From positions 1 through 64,000 of the IMG/VR virus record IMGVR_UViG_3300032294_002964: a DNA stretch of 64,000 bases; one strand, given 5' to 3'. This DNA is from a virus. The position numbers and the translations under genes are program-made. How positions within the stretch are numbered: the stretch's first letter is position 1; each line of letters opens with the position of its first letter. Positions 28,019-38,517 of the stretch are shown here, one piece after another. The notes beneath the pieces were generated by a model. The model made no database searches. It was not told where the DNA came from and was given only the letters and a program-made list of their open reading frames with translations.

Positions 28019-28687
28019 TTAATTGTTTAAATATATTTGATATGGCATACCGTTTTTACCTATACCTGGTCTTGGAATAGTTTCACCGTAATAAATTGGA
28101 GAATCGTCAACAATATTTCTAAAGTCAAGATTATTATCTTTTAAGACATTATAAATCTCTAACCAATCTTCAGCAAAATGACATTCAATAATAGCAAATT
28201 TACATTTTCTTAATGTGTTTAAGCCACCTTTGATAACTCTTAATTCAGCTCCTTCAACATCTATTTTAATATAATCTACTTGTTTATCTTCAAAGTACTC
28301 ATCCAGTGAAATAGATTTTACATTGCCTATTACATTCATTTTACGATGTGCTGTATCGTGACCTACAATATTTGAAACATGATTGCCAGAATTGTTATTA
28401 TCACCATATATATCAACATATCCAGAAATATCTGATATTCCTATATTCTCAATTATACAGTTTTTTGATTGTAGATGTTTAATTGCCTCAAAATTAAAAG
28501 GATTTAATTCAAAGGAATATATTAATCCATTATCACCCGCTAATTTTTTAAAAAATGATGTTATAACTCCATTACAAGCACCTACATCACAGTAGATACC
28601 ACCTGATTTTGCATTTTCTTGAAATTTAATGGATATTAGTCTATCCCAATCATTTACTTGTATTTTATATTTTTCCCAAGCTTCCAT
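28019..28687 (-). CDS. FkbM-family methyltransferase
   Basis: DVGA..G, SFE and IKIDVEGAE. Confidence 0.85.
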   Translation of the reverse strand: MEAWEKYKIQVNDWDRLISIKFQENAKSGGIYCDVGACNGVITSFFKKLAGDNGLIYSFELNPFNFEAIKHLQSKNCIIENIGISDISGYVDIYGDNNNSGNHVSNIVGHDTAHRKMNVIGNVKSISLDEYFEDKQVDYIKIDVEGAELRVIKGGLNTLRKCKFAIIECHFAEDWLEIYNVLKDNNLDFRNIVDDSPIYYGETIPRPGIGKNGMPYQIYLNN

Positions 28688-28701
28688 ATTTTTATTATTT
28701 T

Positions 28702-29532
28702 TTACCAGTATGTTGATCCCTCAACTACTTGATGATTTCTTGTTTTTTCTGAATCATATGGTCTTTTCCAATTTGAATTATAATACTTATTAACAGCCGC
28801 CATATTATCCCATCTATTTCCTTTAATACCAAACATAATTTGCAATCCACCTCCAACATGTACAACTGGTTTACCCATTTTCTTTATTTGATTGCAAATG
28901 GGTAATCCGTATGCACCACATCCAACAAGTGCTATATCAAAATTTAATTTTTGAATATTATTTACCATGTTCTCATAGCAAACATTCCAAGGTAGATCCG
29001 TATTACCACCACCGTGTGTTTGATATGTTTTAAAGGTAATTAAATCAAAATCCGGTAATATACTTTTATCTTCAAAAAGTAATTCTTTTTTAGAATATTG
29101 TTCACGAATAGAATCTTCAAATGGATGAACTACTAATACTCTTCTATTTTCCAAAAATTTACTCCACGGATTTTCATGGTAGAATGGCTCTAATGCTTGT
29201 AATCCAGATATAAACTCAGCATTTTTGCAATAAAAATTAGATATTATAAACTCTTCTGAATTTACATTATCAGGAAACCATATTGTTAATAAATCCATAT
29301 TTGACAAGGCATCAACATATTCATTTATAAAATAATCTAGCACAAAATCAGTAGGTGGTGTTATACCAGCATGATTAGATGCATGCCATCTTAGTGAGTC
29401 ATCCCAAGACTTTTTATTAAAAAAGTATTTAACTACTTGTTGCTCTACTGCTCCCATTTTTCCTGCTACAAATGGTATAGAAGATGATATTAACTCTCCT
29501 ATTTTTTTATTTCCTTGTTCTATTGATATCAT
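28702..29532 (-). CDS. Putative GT-D-like/glycan-modifying protein
   Basis: FDIALVGCGAYG...HVGG.LQ..FGI.G.RW; cluster context. Confidence 0.5.
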   Translation of the reverse strand: MISIEQGNKKIGELISSSIPFVAGKMGAVEQQVVKYFFNKKSWDDSLRWHASNHAGITPPTDFVLDYFINEYVDALSNMDLLTIWFPDNVNSEEFIISNFYCKNAEFISGLQALEPFYHENPWSKFLENRRVLVVHPFEDSIREQYSKKELLFEDKSILPDFDLITFKTYQTHGGGNTDLPWNVCYENMVNNIQKLNFDIALVGCGAYGLPICNQIKKMGKPVVHVGGGLQIMFGIKGNRWDNMAAVNKYYNSNWKRPYDSEKTRNHQVVEGSTYW

Positions 29533-29535
29533 ATT

Positions 29536-30210
29536 TTATCCTAATACATTTTTTATTATTTTCCAATAATCTGCATGTCTTACATCATTCTCATCAAAAA
29601 CATCTCCAACAAACTCATAGTTATTTCTTTTTGTTGGAAATGGTTTAATTTCACCACCAAAGCTTAAATTGAATTCAGAATGTTCTAAAGATCTGTTCTT
29701 AACAAACGGATAAATAACTGTTCCAAGAAAATCCTGATCAATTCCCTTTCTTCCAAACTTATTCCATTTTTCAATAATTTCAGAAAATCTTATATTTCTC
29801 AATATACCATTTCTACATCCCCACATACCACCTAAAATTGGAACCGTATGATACGGATGATCTCTCATAATGTGAAAGTCTTTATCAGACTCAATCCAAT
29901 CTTTTATTGCAAAAACCTCTCTATCTGAGAATCTAGAGTCACAATCTCTTGATAGAAATATATCAACATCTTCCTCCGCTGCCCAAAATCTCCAAAACAT
30001 CCCATGAAAAGAATCTTTAGATTTTACTAACACAACCTCGACATTATCACCCCTGATAGAATCAATTAATTTTGAATCACAAGTATCATCAATGTAAAAT
30101 CTTGATATCCATCCTGGAAAATATTTGTTCACCAAATCTATATTTTTTAACGCTCCTACCCAATACATTGGCGCATCTCCCCAAAGTGAGTATGATACTA
30201 TATTTTTCAT
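29536..30210 (-). CDS. Putative GT-A glycosyltransferase
   Basis: SYSLWG..Y..G, MFWRF, SRDCDSR, HIMRDHP.H...ILGGMWG and DQ.FL. Confidence 0.7.
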   Translation of the reverse strand: MKNIVSYSLWGDAPMYWVGALKNIDLVNKYFPGWISRFYIDDTCDSKLIDSIRGDNVEVVLVKSKDSFHGMFWRFWAAEEDVDIFLSRDCDSRFSDREVFAIKDWIESDKDFHIMRDHPYHTVPILGGMWGCRNGILRNIRFSEIIEKWNKFGRKGIDQDFLGTVIYPFVKNRSLEHSEFNLSFGGEIKPFPTKRNNYEFVGDVFDENDVRHADYWKIIKNVLG

Positions 30211-30219
30211 ATCTAAATT

Positions 30220-31068
30220 TTATTTTTTAATGTGGCAATCTATCCAGTTATTTTCTAAAACTCTATAACCTGTATTATATACTCCATAGATATATTCTTT
30301 AGGATTTAAATATTGATAAACCCCATCTGAATTATTTCTAAAAAAACAAATCCACATTCCCACATTCCCACTATTAGTAATCAGTTTAGAACACTTACTT
30401 AAAATATGACTTATAGCTAAAAATATTACAGCCTGATTTAATCTTTGATTTGGTGGTATATGATACTGTGTTGAAGTTGTAGGATTTGAATAAATTTTAT
30501 AAGTTTCATTAAAATAAATTGAATCTGGGTATAATTTTAAAACTTTATCATAAAACTCTATTTCATCACTTTGTATTAATATCTTAAAATCTGGATTACT
30601 TTCTTTTACCTCAACTAATTTATCGATCATTTCCTCATGAGTGGGTAAATTAGTCTCAAGGTGCTTATTTAAACCCCTAAAGCATATAGCTATTGTTTTA
30701 TCAAAATCTATGTTATATGAATTTACTAATTTTTTTAAGACATCTTTAACGTAATTTGAAGGACTGAAATATTTATTTACTAAATGTTGAATATTTTTAT
30801 AATCTAATTTATTATATTCAATAAATTGATCTTCATTTGTTTCGAAAAAATCAATATAATCATCTATGATAGGACCGTTTTCTACAACACTATCAAAAAA
30901 GTAATTAGTAACATCAAGTGGTGTATCTTTATAATAGGCCCATTGTTTACTTGAATCAACAATTGGATATATTTTATTTTTATTATAAAATTCAATTATT
31001 CTTTTTAATCTGATTGTACAACTACTAAAGAATCCAGCATTATGATCTATAAAAATTGTATTATCCAT
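30220..31068 (-). CDS. NodZ/GT23-like fucosyltransferase
   Basis: AGFFS, ICFRG..K, QSD and LSKC......GNV. Confidence 0.6.
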   Translation of the reverse strand: MDNTIFIDHNAGFFSSCTIRLKRIIEFYNKNKIYPIVDSSKQWAYYKDTPLDVTNYFFDSVVENGPIIDDYIDFFETNEDQFIEYNKLDYKNIQHLVNKYFSPSNYVKDVLKKLVNSYNIDFDKTIAICFRGLNKHLETNLPTHEEMIDKLVEVKESNPDFKILIQSDEIEFYDKVLKLYPDSIYFNETYKIYSNPTTSTQYHIPPNQRLNQAVIFLAISHILSKCSKLITNSGNVGMWICFFRNNSDGVYQYLNPKEYIYGVYNTGYRVLENNWIDCHIKK

Positions 31069-31735
31069 TATTATAATTATTTTTTACAAAAACACAATCC
31101 CATTGAATATTACCAACGAGTGAGTATCCTTTTTCCTTTAGAAATTCTGTTTCTTCATTAAGACCATAATTATTCTCTATTAAAAAACAAGTAATATCAA
31201 CTTTATCAAAATTTATTGACTTTAAAACACTAAGCTCTGCACCTTCCACATCTATTGAAATTAAGTCAATGTTTTTAACATTATGTTTATCAAACAGAGT
31301 CTCTAATCTCAGAGCTTTCATTTTAATTACTTCTTTTGTTGAATATAGCTCATGATCTTTTGGATATGAACTATACATTTGAAGCTCTCTATTAATTCTT
31401 TCTAAGTGTTGGCTATTATAAAATTCCATAATTCCTGATAATACATTACAAGGACCACTTATTGATAAAAAATTAACATCCATTTCAATATCAGAAATTG
31501 CACAATTCTCTTTTATTGATAATTCTCTAGATACATTAAGCATTTTACTAAACTCTATAGGATTTGGTTCAATTAAAAGACCCGACCAATTTCTTTCCTT
31601 TTCAAAGAAATAAGTATTTGATGCTCCGAATCCATCTAAAGCACCCACTTCAACAAAAAAACCATCTTTTTTTCCTTTAAAAATTTGAGAATCTAAAATT
31701 ACGTCTTGTTGAATTTGTGATTTACTATTTATCAT
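31061..31735 (-). CDS. FkbM-family methyltransferase
   Basis: SQ..QD, FVEVGA.DG..SNT and SIDVEGAE; paralog of 20786-21433. Confidence 0.85.
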   Translation of the reverse strand: MINSKSQIQQDVILDSQIFKGKKDGFFVEVGALDGFGASNTYFFEKERNWSGLLIEPNPIEFSKMLNVSRELSIKENCAISDIEMDVNFLSISGPCNVLSGIMEFYNSQHLERINRELQMYSSYPKDHELYSTKEVIKMKALRLETLFDKHNVKNIDLISIDVEGAELSVLKSINFDKVDITCFLIENNYGLNEETEFLKEKGYSLVGNIQWDCVFVKNNYNNG

Positions 31736-31737
31736 TT

Positions 31738-32565
31738 TTAATTAAAAATTTTATATAAGAAAAATTTTATATTTTCAATCTTATTTTCTTCTGGTATTAT
31801 ATTATCTATAAACCAAGGTGTTTTAAGCATTTCTAAATATTTATCTTGATTGTTATCAAGATAAATAATATATTCGATCATTTGTCCAATTGAAACATGT
31901 TCATAAAAGCTGACAAATGACTTTATATTAAATTCTTTTCCAATTAAAGGATTTCCCCAATATAAAGGAATTGAATTAACCGTCATTGGTTCCATTATTT
32001 TTTCAGTAGTGTAACCAGGGTGTTGAGGTCTATATGCATTATTTTCAAAAGCTACTGAAAATTTATATTCTGATTGAAATTTTCTTTTATCTGGAACAGC
32101 GTATCCGATATTATTCATCCATCTTCCGCCAGAATCTATTCTCTTATATTTAGATAATTGTTGAACGAACATATTTCTTTCTTGACAATTACCATTTGAT
32201 GCTACAAAATTACAAAACTTTCTATTGACCATAGATTCTTCTATAATCTTAGGTCTTATTAAATCATAGTATCCATCATATAATAAGTAATGTGGTAGTC
32301 TATAATTTCTATCATCATCTAAGTATTCAAATGAGAAAGACCACTGACAATAACCTAAAGGTGGTGCAACATTCTCACCGGTATAAAATATTTTAATACA
32401 ATTATAATTTTGATGTTGATTACCAAATACTGAAAAGAACAAATAATCTGGATTATTTGATATTTCTATATCAAATTCATCTTTTAAAAGATTGTAGAAA
32501 TAATTATTAGTTTTATCAAAACCACCCCAAAAATCAGAAAAATCTATTTTAATCTTCTTTTTCAT
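31738..32565 (-). CDS. GT10 alpha-1,3-fucosyltransferase-like
   Basis: FYTGEN, KFCNFV.SN and YKFSVAFEN...GYTTEKI. Confidence 0.85.
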   Translation of the reverse strand: MKKKIKIDFSDFWGGFDKTNNYFYNLLKDEFDIEISNNPDYLFFSVFGNQHQNYNCIKIFYTGENVAPPLGYCQWSFSFEYLDDDRNYRLPHYLLYDGYYDLIRPKIIEESMVNRKFCNFVASNGNCQERNMFVQQLSKYKRIDSGGRWMNNIGYAVPDKRKFQSEYKFSVAFENNAYRPQHPGYTTEKIMEPMTVNSIPLYWGNPLIGKEFNIKSFVSFYEHVSIGQMIEYIIYLDNNQDKYLEMLKTPWFIDNIIPEENKIENIKFFLYKIFN

Positions 32566-33251
32566 AATCTTTCTAATACTGGCATATTTTTTCTAGTGTT
32601 CCAAGTTATCTCATCTTCTTGCCACTTTGCATGATATTGAACATCTAATTGATCAGCTCTTCTTTTACCAGCGGCATGATGTAAATGTTCAAATATGGTT
32701 GTATCGTTAATTCTATCATCTATTAACATTCCAGTATCTTTTAAATTGATGTATAACTCACAGTCAGAATACATATGAGTATAGACTGGACTATAAATTG
32801 TTTTGTTTAATTTTTCAAAACATCCCCAGGTCATAATTGGAATAGTTATTGCGGGGTATTGCATATTAGATGAGTCCGGAAGTTGATATCCATCTCTAAC
32901 CATAAGACCACCTTCTTTACCTTCTAATTTAGAAATTAGATATTGATCCCAATTTTGTGGTGGTAGAAAATCATCCGATGCGAAAACAACAATATCACCA
33001 GATTGTCCTTCAGTTGTAGAAGATAATTGATAAGATGGATAACAAACTCCAATTTTATCAGTTTTTACAGTTATTATTCTATAATCTAAATTATTAGATT
33101 TAAAATACTCTTTAATATAATCAGAGTGTTGTTCAACATTGACCGCAATGTGTGTTTTAATATTTTTTGTATTTGTAGACCTACCAATCCAGTAAGGATG
33201 CATTTGTTTAAATACCTCTGGTCTTATAGTGCACCATAATAAATGAATCAT
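32562..33251 (-). CDS. GT2-like (GT-A) glycosyltransferase
   Basis: SDDF (DxD), WD, Y.H.Y.D.E and EHLH. Confidence 0.65.
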   Translation of the reverse strand: MIHLLWCTIRPEVFKQMHPYWIGRSTNTKNIKTHIAVNVEQHSDYIKEYFKSNNLDYRIITVKTDKIGVCYPSYQLSSTTEGQSGDIVVFASDDFLPPQNWDQYLISKLEGKEGGLMVRDGYQLPDSSNMQYPAITIPIMTWGCFEKLNKTIYSPVYTHMYSDCELYINLKDTGMLIDDRINDTTIFEHLHHAAGKRRADQLDVQYHAKWQEDEITWNTRKNMPVLERL

Positions 33252-33300
33252 TAAAATAATAAATTTTAATAATTATATCTAATTTTAGATACTTGGTTTC

Positions 33301-33897
33301 TTAAATCTTTTGAATAATTGTAGGAACAGATCCTAACTCCAATACCTTACTTCTATCTAAAAGGAATTCTATATCATAGAAGTTAAAGTGGAATGTTAAA
33401 GTAAATTCCTTTGAAGATACTTTCTGTTGTGAGTAGTCAAACTTATTATCACTTAATCCCTTTAATATAATTTCTCTAAATGAGATTTTATAAATACCAT
33501 CTCTGTGTATATCTACAGCAGTAATTGTAAACGGGTGTAGATATAGATTATCAGTATCTAAATAATGTTTCGCAAGAATATCAAAAATAATCCAATAATT
33601 TATATCAGCATCTACTGATGCAAATGAAATTGTTATCTCATGTCCACCTATATCTTGTATATTTTTAGCTGGTTTATACATTCTCTCTTTACCTCTAATT
33701 AAGTGTTGCATTGGCACCTCAAAAGAAACTCCTGGAAAGCTAACAGCCTTTATAGTTGAGTTTAAATAATCAATTACATTCTCATATTGAATCCAATTTT
33801 TTTCTAAAATTGGAGTATATGATTGTATAACCTCTGCGGGTATAAAATTAGGTGGTAGGTTAAAAACAAACTGACTGGACTGACTACTTAATCTCAT
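33301..33897 (-). CDS. Tail tube/tail terminator-like protein (T4 gp19/gp3 fold)
   Basis: VSFPG, ITISF and 'L....FDY.......F.LTF.F..Y' tube-fold pattern; late motif at 33902-33909. Confidence 0.55.
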   Translation of the reverse strand: MRLSSQSSQFVFNLPPNFIPAEVIQSYTPILEKNWIQYENVIDYLNSTIKAVSFPGVSFEVPMQHLIRGKERMYKPAKNIQDIGGHEITISFASVDADINYWIIFDILAKHYLDTDNLYLHPFTITAVDIHRDGIYKISFREIILKGLSDNKFDYSQQKVSSKEFTLTFHFNFYDIEFLLDRSKVLELGSVPTIIQKI

Positions 33898-33901
33898 GTT
33901 T

Positions 33902-33909
33902 TATATATT
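33902..33909 (-). promoter_or_regulatory. Late-promoter-like motif AATATATA (representative copy)
   Basis: Found 4-25 nt upstream of starts at 1349, 5027, 12096, 14979, 33902, 38485, 43464, 47431, 49889, 54089, 60079, 62557 and 62632; analogous to the T4 late promoter TATAAATA. Confidence 0.75.
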
Positions 33910-35848
33910 ACTTTTTCTTTTTCTTTTGAAACTTAGTTAATCCATTGTTTATAGAATTGGCATTTGTTGTTCCTTTTTTCTGTAAGTTTTTAGAAACTCT
34001 ATCATTTGATGTAATTGGAACCTTTTTTCTAACCACAATCGCAACTTCTTGCTCTCTTGGTGGATCAATAATTAAAGGTGGTTCATCATCTACAGTGTCA
34101 CCGATTAATTCTATATTTCCACTTCCAACTAAATCATCAATATTGGATCCACTAATTATATCAGATAATGATCCTCCAAAGCTTGTAGCTGTGTCAAGTA
34201 TTGTAAATAAACCAGAATAAATAATGTTTTTAAAATTCTGATTTGTTGTAGTTATGTAGAAGTTGACAAATCCAGATTTAAACACATTTTTTAAACTAAC
34301 AAATCTATCCTCAGTTACTTTAAATTGGCACATTCCTAATCTAGCCACAGTTTCTTGAGTAATATATTGTGGAAACTCAATTAAATCTGAGTCACTTTTA
34401 AATACTAATTTTAATTGCTCACAATTTGTAAGATCTAATGGTTCTAAAACATCACCAATTGTTGTGCTATTTCTCTTAGTCTTAAAAGCAAGTGAAAACT
34501 TAAAAACATTATCAAATGGTCTTATTCCTATTTTCATAGCACCTATAGGATGATAATTATCAATTTTCTTAGGCATCGTAACATTTAAAGCCTGTGGAGA
34601 ATATGCTGTGACAATTCTTCCAAAATCTGCTATTGAAATTAATGCCGGAACTGGAACCTCTAATGTATTTTCAGGTAATGCTGATTTACCAAGTTCCTCA
34701 ATTCTATATCGATCAAATTTATTTTTAGAATAAATTTTTGGTTTAGAAACATCTCTAACATTTATCTTTTTAAGATTAACTAAATATTTAGATAATTGAT
34801 CTGGCTTCATACCATATGAAGCTTTTCTAACAACTATATTACCATCATCTCTATTGATAAGTCTCATTTCAACTTCTATAATTGAAGTGGTTGTTGAGTA
34901 TTTTATAATAGGTCTAAATTCTATAATTTCGGTAAAATCTTTTTCTATTTTATATGTTTGTGTCTTACCTTTTATATTTTCCTCAAAAACGGTAACATCA
35001 AATTCTAAATAGTAGAATTTATTTAACCTAAGAGAATCATCCATAAATATGGCAAAGGATTCAAATGTGTCGTTATAGGTTGCGTATATTTCAAAATAAT
35101 CACCCTGTTTAGACTCCTGCATATAGATACCCAATGCATCTAACTGTGGTCTCTGTGGAACCTGTTGAATTACCTTTTGTGTTGTTAAAAAGGTAGTAGT
35201 AGTTCCTATTGTTGTAATTTTAGTTATGAATCTAAAATCAATAAATATCGGAGCAGTCTGTGATAATCCATCACCTCCAGTTAAGTAGTAATTTATAGTC
35301 CCATCTTTAGCATATCCATCCTCTCTTTGTAATCCAATAAAATAAATAGAGGGAACATTTAATTCAATATATTTATTCCAAGATATATCTTGATATAATA
35401 ATGGTGATACATATGTGTTTAAAATTGGCTTGGATGTATCGTTCGCATTATAATAGAAATTAGATATTTCATAAAATTTTTTATTTCTATAATCATATGT
35501 GTAAAGTCTTAAATATATTCCTTGATACTCTTCAAATGTATAATTAGCGGGAAAATATATTTTAAGTCTATCATGAAGAATTGGTTCGGAAGGTGAATAT
35601 CCAGTTACAGATAAAAAATTATACTTAGATGTGTCTAATTTACCATACTTATTCAAAGGCTCATCTATTACAACTAGTTGATTGTCTTGACTATTATTGG
35701 TTATAGTTGTATCTGCGCCAACATATGAATTAATTAAATCTCTAGAATTTTTAACTATTTTATATGGCTCTAAAATATAATTAGATGAGTCATATACCCA
35801 CTCTAATAAAACATTTTTATTTAATCTTTTAAATTCAGACCTCATCAT
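33908..35848 (-). CDS. Large hypothetical, likely structural protein (paralog of 35855-38464)
   Basis: Shares LLE..YD, W.KYI, TAP.F.DF.FI, ES..GD.F.IY and RPI.K..TT with its neighbour. Confidence 0.55.
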   Translation of the reverse strand: MMRSEFKRLNKNVLLEWVYDSSNYILEPYKIVKNSRDLINSYVGADTTITNNSQDNQLVVIDEPLNKYGKLDTSKYNFLSVTGYSPSEPILHDRLKIYFPANYTFEEYQGIYLRLYTYDYRNKKFYEISNFYYNANDTSKPILNTYVSPLLYQDISWNKYIELNVPSIYFIGLQREDGYAKDGTINYYLTGGDGLSQTAPIFIDFRFITKITTIGTTTTFLTTQKVIQQVPQRPQLDALGIYMQESKQGDYFEIYATYNDTFESFAIFMDDSLRLNKFYYLEFDVTVFEENIKGKTQTYKIEKDFTEIIEFRPIIKYSTTTSIIEVEMRLINRDDGNIVVRKASYGMKPDQLSKYLVNLKKINVRDVSKPKIYSKNKFDRYRIEELGKSALPENTLEVPVPALISIADFGRIVTAYSPQALNVTMPKKIDNYHPIGAMKIGIRPFDNVFKFSLAFKTKRNSTTIGDVLEPLDLTNCEQLKLVFKSDSDLIEFPQYITQETVARLGMCQFKVTEDRFVSLKNVFKSGFVNFYITTTNQNFKNIIYSGLFTILDTATSFGGSLSDIISGSNIDDLVGSGNIELIGDTVDDEPPLIIDPPREQEVAIVVRKKVPITSNDRVSKNLQKKGTTNANSINNGLTKFQKKKKK

Positions 35849-35854
35849 TTAAAA

Positions 35855-38464
35855 TTATTTTTTACGCCCTCTTGGAATATCAGAATTAGGTGGATAGTAA
35901 TTAGTATCACTATTAGGTGGTGTAGATGGTGGTAATTGTTTTTTAGGACTACTTTTTGGAGGATTTTGTTGTATAATCTTATTAGATTTAATTAAATCCT
36001 TATCCTTTTTACTTTTTGGAATAAACTCACCAACTGTTACTTCTTGATATTTTAATCCTATACCCCATTTTACTCTTTTATTTAAAAGACCCGAATTAAT
36101 ATATTCTAATAAATCTTTCGATAAATCTTCAAAATCTGGATTTACTCTTGCTCTTTTAAGAATTGGTTTCAACTCAAGTTCTGGTGTAAACCAACTTCTA
36201 ACACCCTCAAATGGATCGATATTTAACCCCTTGAAGTATCCTAAAATCAGATCTATTTTTCTATCATTTATATCTGATATATCTTTCTTTAGAAGAGGAA
36301 CATTACTCTTTCCTGTTAGAGATTTTACTAAATTCTTAGTTTTATTTATCATACTCTCTTTAGTCTCTGGTTTGAATCCTAAAGATGGAACAGTAAATAG
36401 AAGTATTTTAAACTCTCTCATATTTTGAGGTAGTTTAAACTTATTATTTGGATTAATTCCAATCTCAATTGCTTTTTGCGATGCTTTCCATCTAGGATTA
36501 AACATAAATGAAGCACCTGATAATCCAGAGCCTTTCTTGATTTCCTGATTATCTGAATTACTAACTGTATTAGTATTTACACCCTTAGGTATATTAGTAC
36601 CAGAATCTATTGCGTCCTTAACAGATTGTGTAACATCAGGTTTCTCTGGTTGAACAACTGGTTCAGAAAGTCTTATCTGTTTCAAATCATAGTCGGTTAA
36701 CATTTTATTCATGTTTGTAGCAGAATCCCAAGGTAAGAAAAATGAGTTGTAAATTATCTTCTTAACACCAAATTCATCGACACCATTGATATAGAACAAG
36801 TCATACCCACTAGATGATATTTTTTTAATATCTTGATATGAGCTTTCTGGTATTTTAAATACAACTATACCATCTTCTAATTTATTTTCTGAGCTGTCTT
36901 TATAAATATCAAAACTTAAATCCTTTTTATCACTTTTGATTGTTAATTTTAAATTCTGTAATTTAGTTAAATCAATAGGTAGTTCATTGACTCCATCAGT
37001 CTCTATGAGTTTTAATTTAATAAAGTTATCAAATGGAAAGATATAAAAAAGAGATTTGTTATTTGGTATATAAGAAATTTTATCAAAAACAAAATTCCTA
37101 TCATCATTTACTATGTAATAATTACTTGAAAACAAATTAAATGGTATGCTTTTTAATTTTAAAATTGGTTTTGTTCCAAACGCATTGTTACTAGTATTTG
37201 GTAATATTGTAGATTTTATATAATGGACTTCTTTTCTTTTAGCCTTTCTAAGATTTATTTTACTAAGATTTCTTGCATATTTTGATATATCACCAGCACC
37301 ACCAGTACCATTACCAGTTTTTAATCTATCATTTGGCTCACTTCCCATCTTAGCTCCCCCACCTTGTAGCATTCCATATGATGCTTTTCTTTCAATAAAA
37401 GTACCATCAACTGAATCTATCAATCTCATAGTAGCATCTATTATAGCAGTAGTTGTTGTAAACTTTAATATTGGTCTATATTCAATTTCTTCTCCAAAGT
37501 CTTCATTTACTATAAAGGTTGTAGTTTTTGTTTTGACATTTTTTTCAAACAACTCGATAGTGTATTCGACATAATATCTATTTCCCTCATAATAGGACTC
37601 ATCTATGAAATTTTCAAAATCACCAAGAGTACCATTATAAGTTCCATATATTAAGAAGAAATCTCCTTGTGATGATTCCTCTATTCTAACTCCAAGCTTT
37701 TCAAATTCCGGAGTCTGTGGAACAACAACTGTTTTTTTACTAGTTAAGTTAAAGAATTTATTACCGCCAACCGTATCAACACTTGATATAAAATGAAAAT
37801 CTAAAAATACTGGAGCAGTTTTAGAAAGACCCAAACCATCTGTGAGATTGAAGTTTATTGAGTTTTCTCTTGTTACATTAAGTGATCTTTGATCCGAAAC
37901 TTTTGTTGTTGATGGAATCTGAATTTTAATATACTTACCCCATTGCTTTTCATTAATTAATAAATTAGGAGATGAATACTCTAATTTATAATTTTGTTCA
38001 ATATCAGTCATATTGAAAAAATAATTAGAAAGCTCAACTACTTTTGTATTATCAAAATTATAAGTATAAATTCTAAGATAGAATCCTTTATATTCACCAA
38101 AAGTCCAGTCTACTGGAATATGAACTTTAATTGTGTCATATCTAACAGGAATTGATCTTGCAAAATTTCTTACTTGTAAAAATGATGAAACATTGCTGTC
38201 AACTTGATTTGGCTGACTCGATAGAGGAACTTTACCATATCTATTTTGAATAGTATCTATTTTATAGATCTGATTGTATAAGTCATTATTAGTTTGTTTA
38301 TATCCTCTCGGTGTTGGACGAATCTCATCACCAGATATGAAACATTTAAGTCCGGTTCTTGTATTATGTAAAACATTATATGGCTCACCAATCAAATTAG
38401 AGTCATCATAAATGTATTCAATTAGAATATTTGGATCAATATTAAAATACTTAGATACTTTCAT
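35855..38464 (-). CDS. Large hypothetical, likely structural protein
   Basis: Paralog of the downstream gene; late motif at 38485-38492. Confidence 0.55.
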   Translation of the reverse strand: MKVSKYFNIDPNILIEYIYDDSNLIGEPYNVLHNTRTGLKCFISGDEIRPTPRGYKQTNNDLYNQIYKIDTIQNRYGKVPLSSQPNQVDSNVSSFLQVRNFARSIPVRYDTIKVHIPVDWTFGEYKGFYLRIYTYNFDNTKVVELSNYFFNMTDIEQNYKLEYSSPNLLINEKQWGKYIKIQIPSTTKVSDQRSLNVTRENSINFNLTDGLGLSKTAPVFLDFHFISSVDTVGGNKFFNLTSKKTVVVPQTPEFEKLGVRIEESSQGDFFLIYGTYNGTLGDFENFIDESYYEGNRYYVEYTIELFEKNVKTKTTTFIVNEDFGEEIEYRPILKFTTTTAIIDATMRLIDSVDGTFIERKASYGMLQGGGAKMGSEPNDRLKTGNGTGGAGDISKYARNLSKINLRKAKRKEVHYIKSTILPNTSNNAFGTKPILKLKSIPFNLFSSNYYIVNDDRNFVFDKISYIPNNKSLFYIFPFDNFIKLKLIETDGVNELPIDLTKLQNLKLTIKSDKKDLSFDIYKDSSENKLEDGIVVFKIPESSYQDIKKISSSGYDLFYINGVDEFGVKKIIYNSFFLPWDSATNMNKMLTDYDLKQIRLSEPVVQPEKPDVTQSVKDAIDSGTNIPKGVNTNTVSNSDNQEIKKGSGLSGASFMFNPRWKASQKAIEIGINPNNKFKLPQNMREFKILLFTVPSLGFKPETKESMINKTKNLVKSLTGKSNVPLLKKDISDINDRKIDLILGYFKGLNIDPFEGVRSWFTPELELKPILKRARVNPDFEDLSKDLLEYINSGLLNKRVKWGIGLKYQEVTVGEFIPKSKKDKDLIKSNKIIQQNPPKSSPKKQLPPSTPPNSDTNYYPPNSDIPRGRKK

Positions 38465-38492
38465 CCTAAGATAAAATTTTAGGATATATATT

Positions 38493-38517
38493 AAAAAACC
38501 TCTCTTATGAGAGGTTT
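38493..38517 (-). terminator. Intrinsic terminator
   Basis: AAACCTCTC-TTAT-GAGAGGTTT, with a T-tract on the minus strand. Confidence 0.65.

Noticed and set aside
19226-33251. Eukaryotic giant virus or bacterial chromosome origin
   Set aside because: The glycan genes resemble those of giant viruses and the chaperones are bacterial, but gp32-, gp13- and Rnl1-like genes, Bacteroidetes promoters, intrinsic terminators and late motifs point to a bacteriophage.
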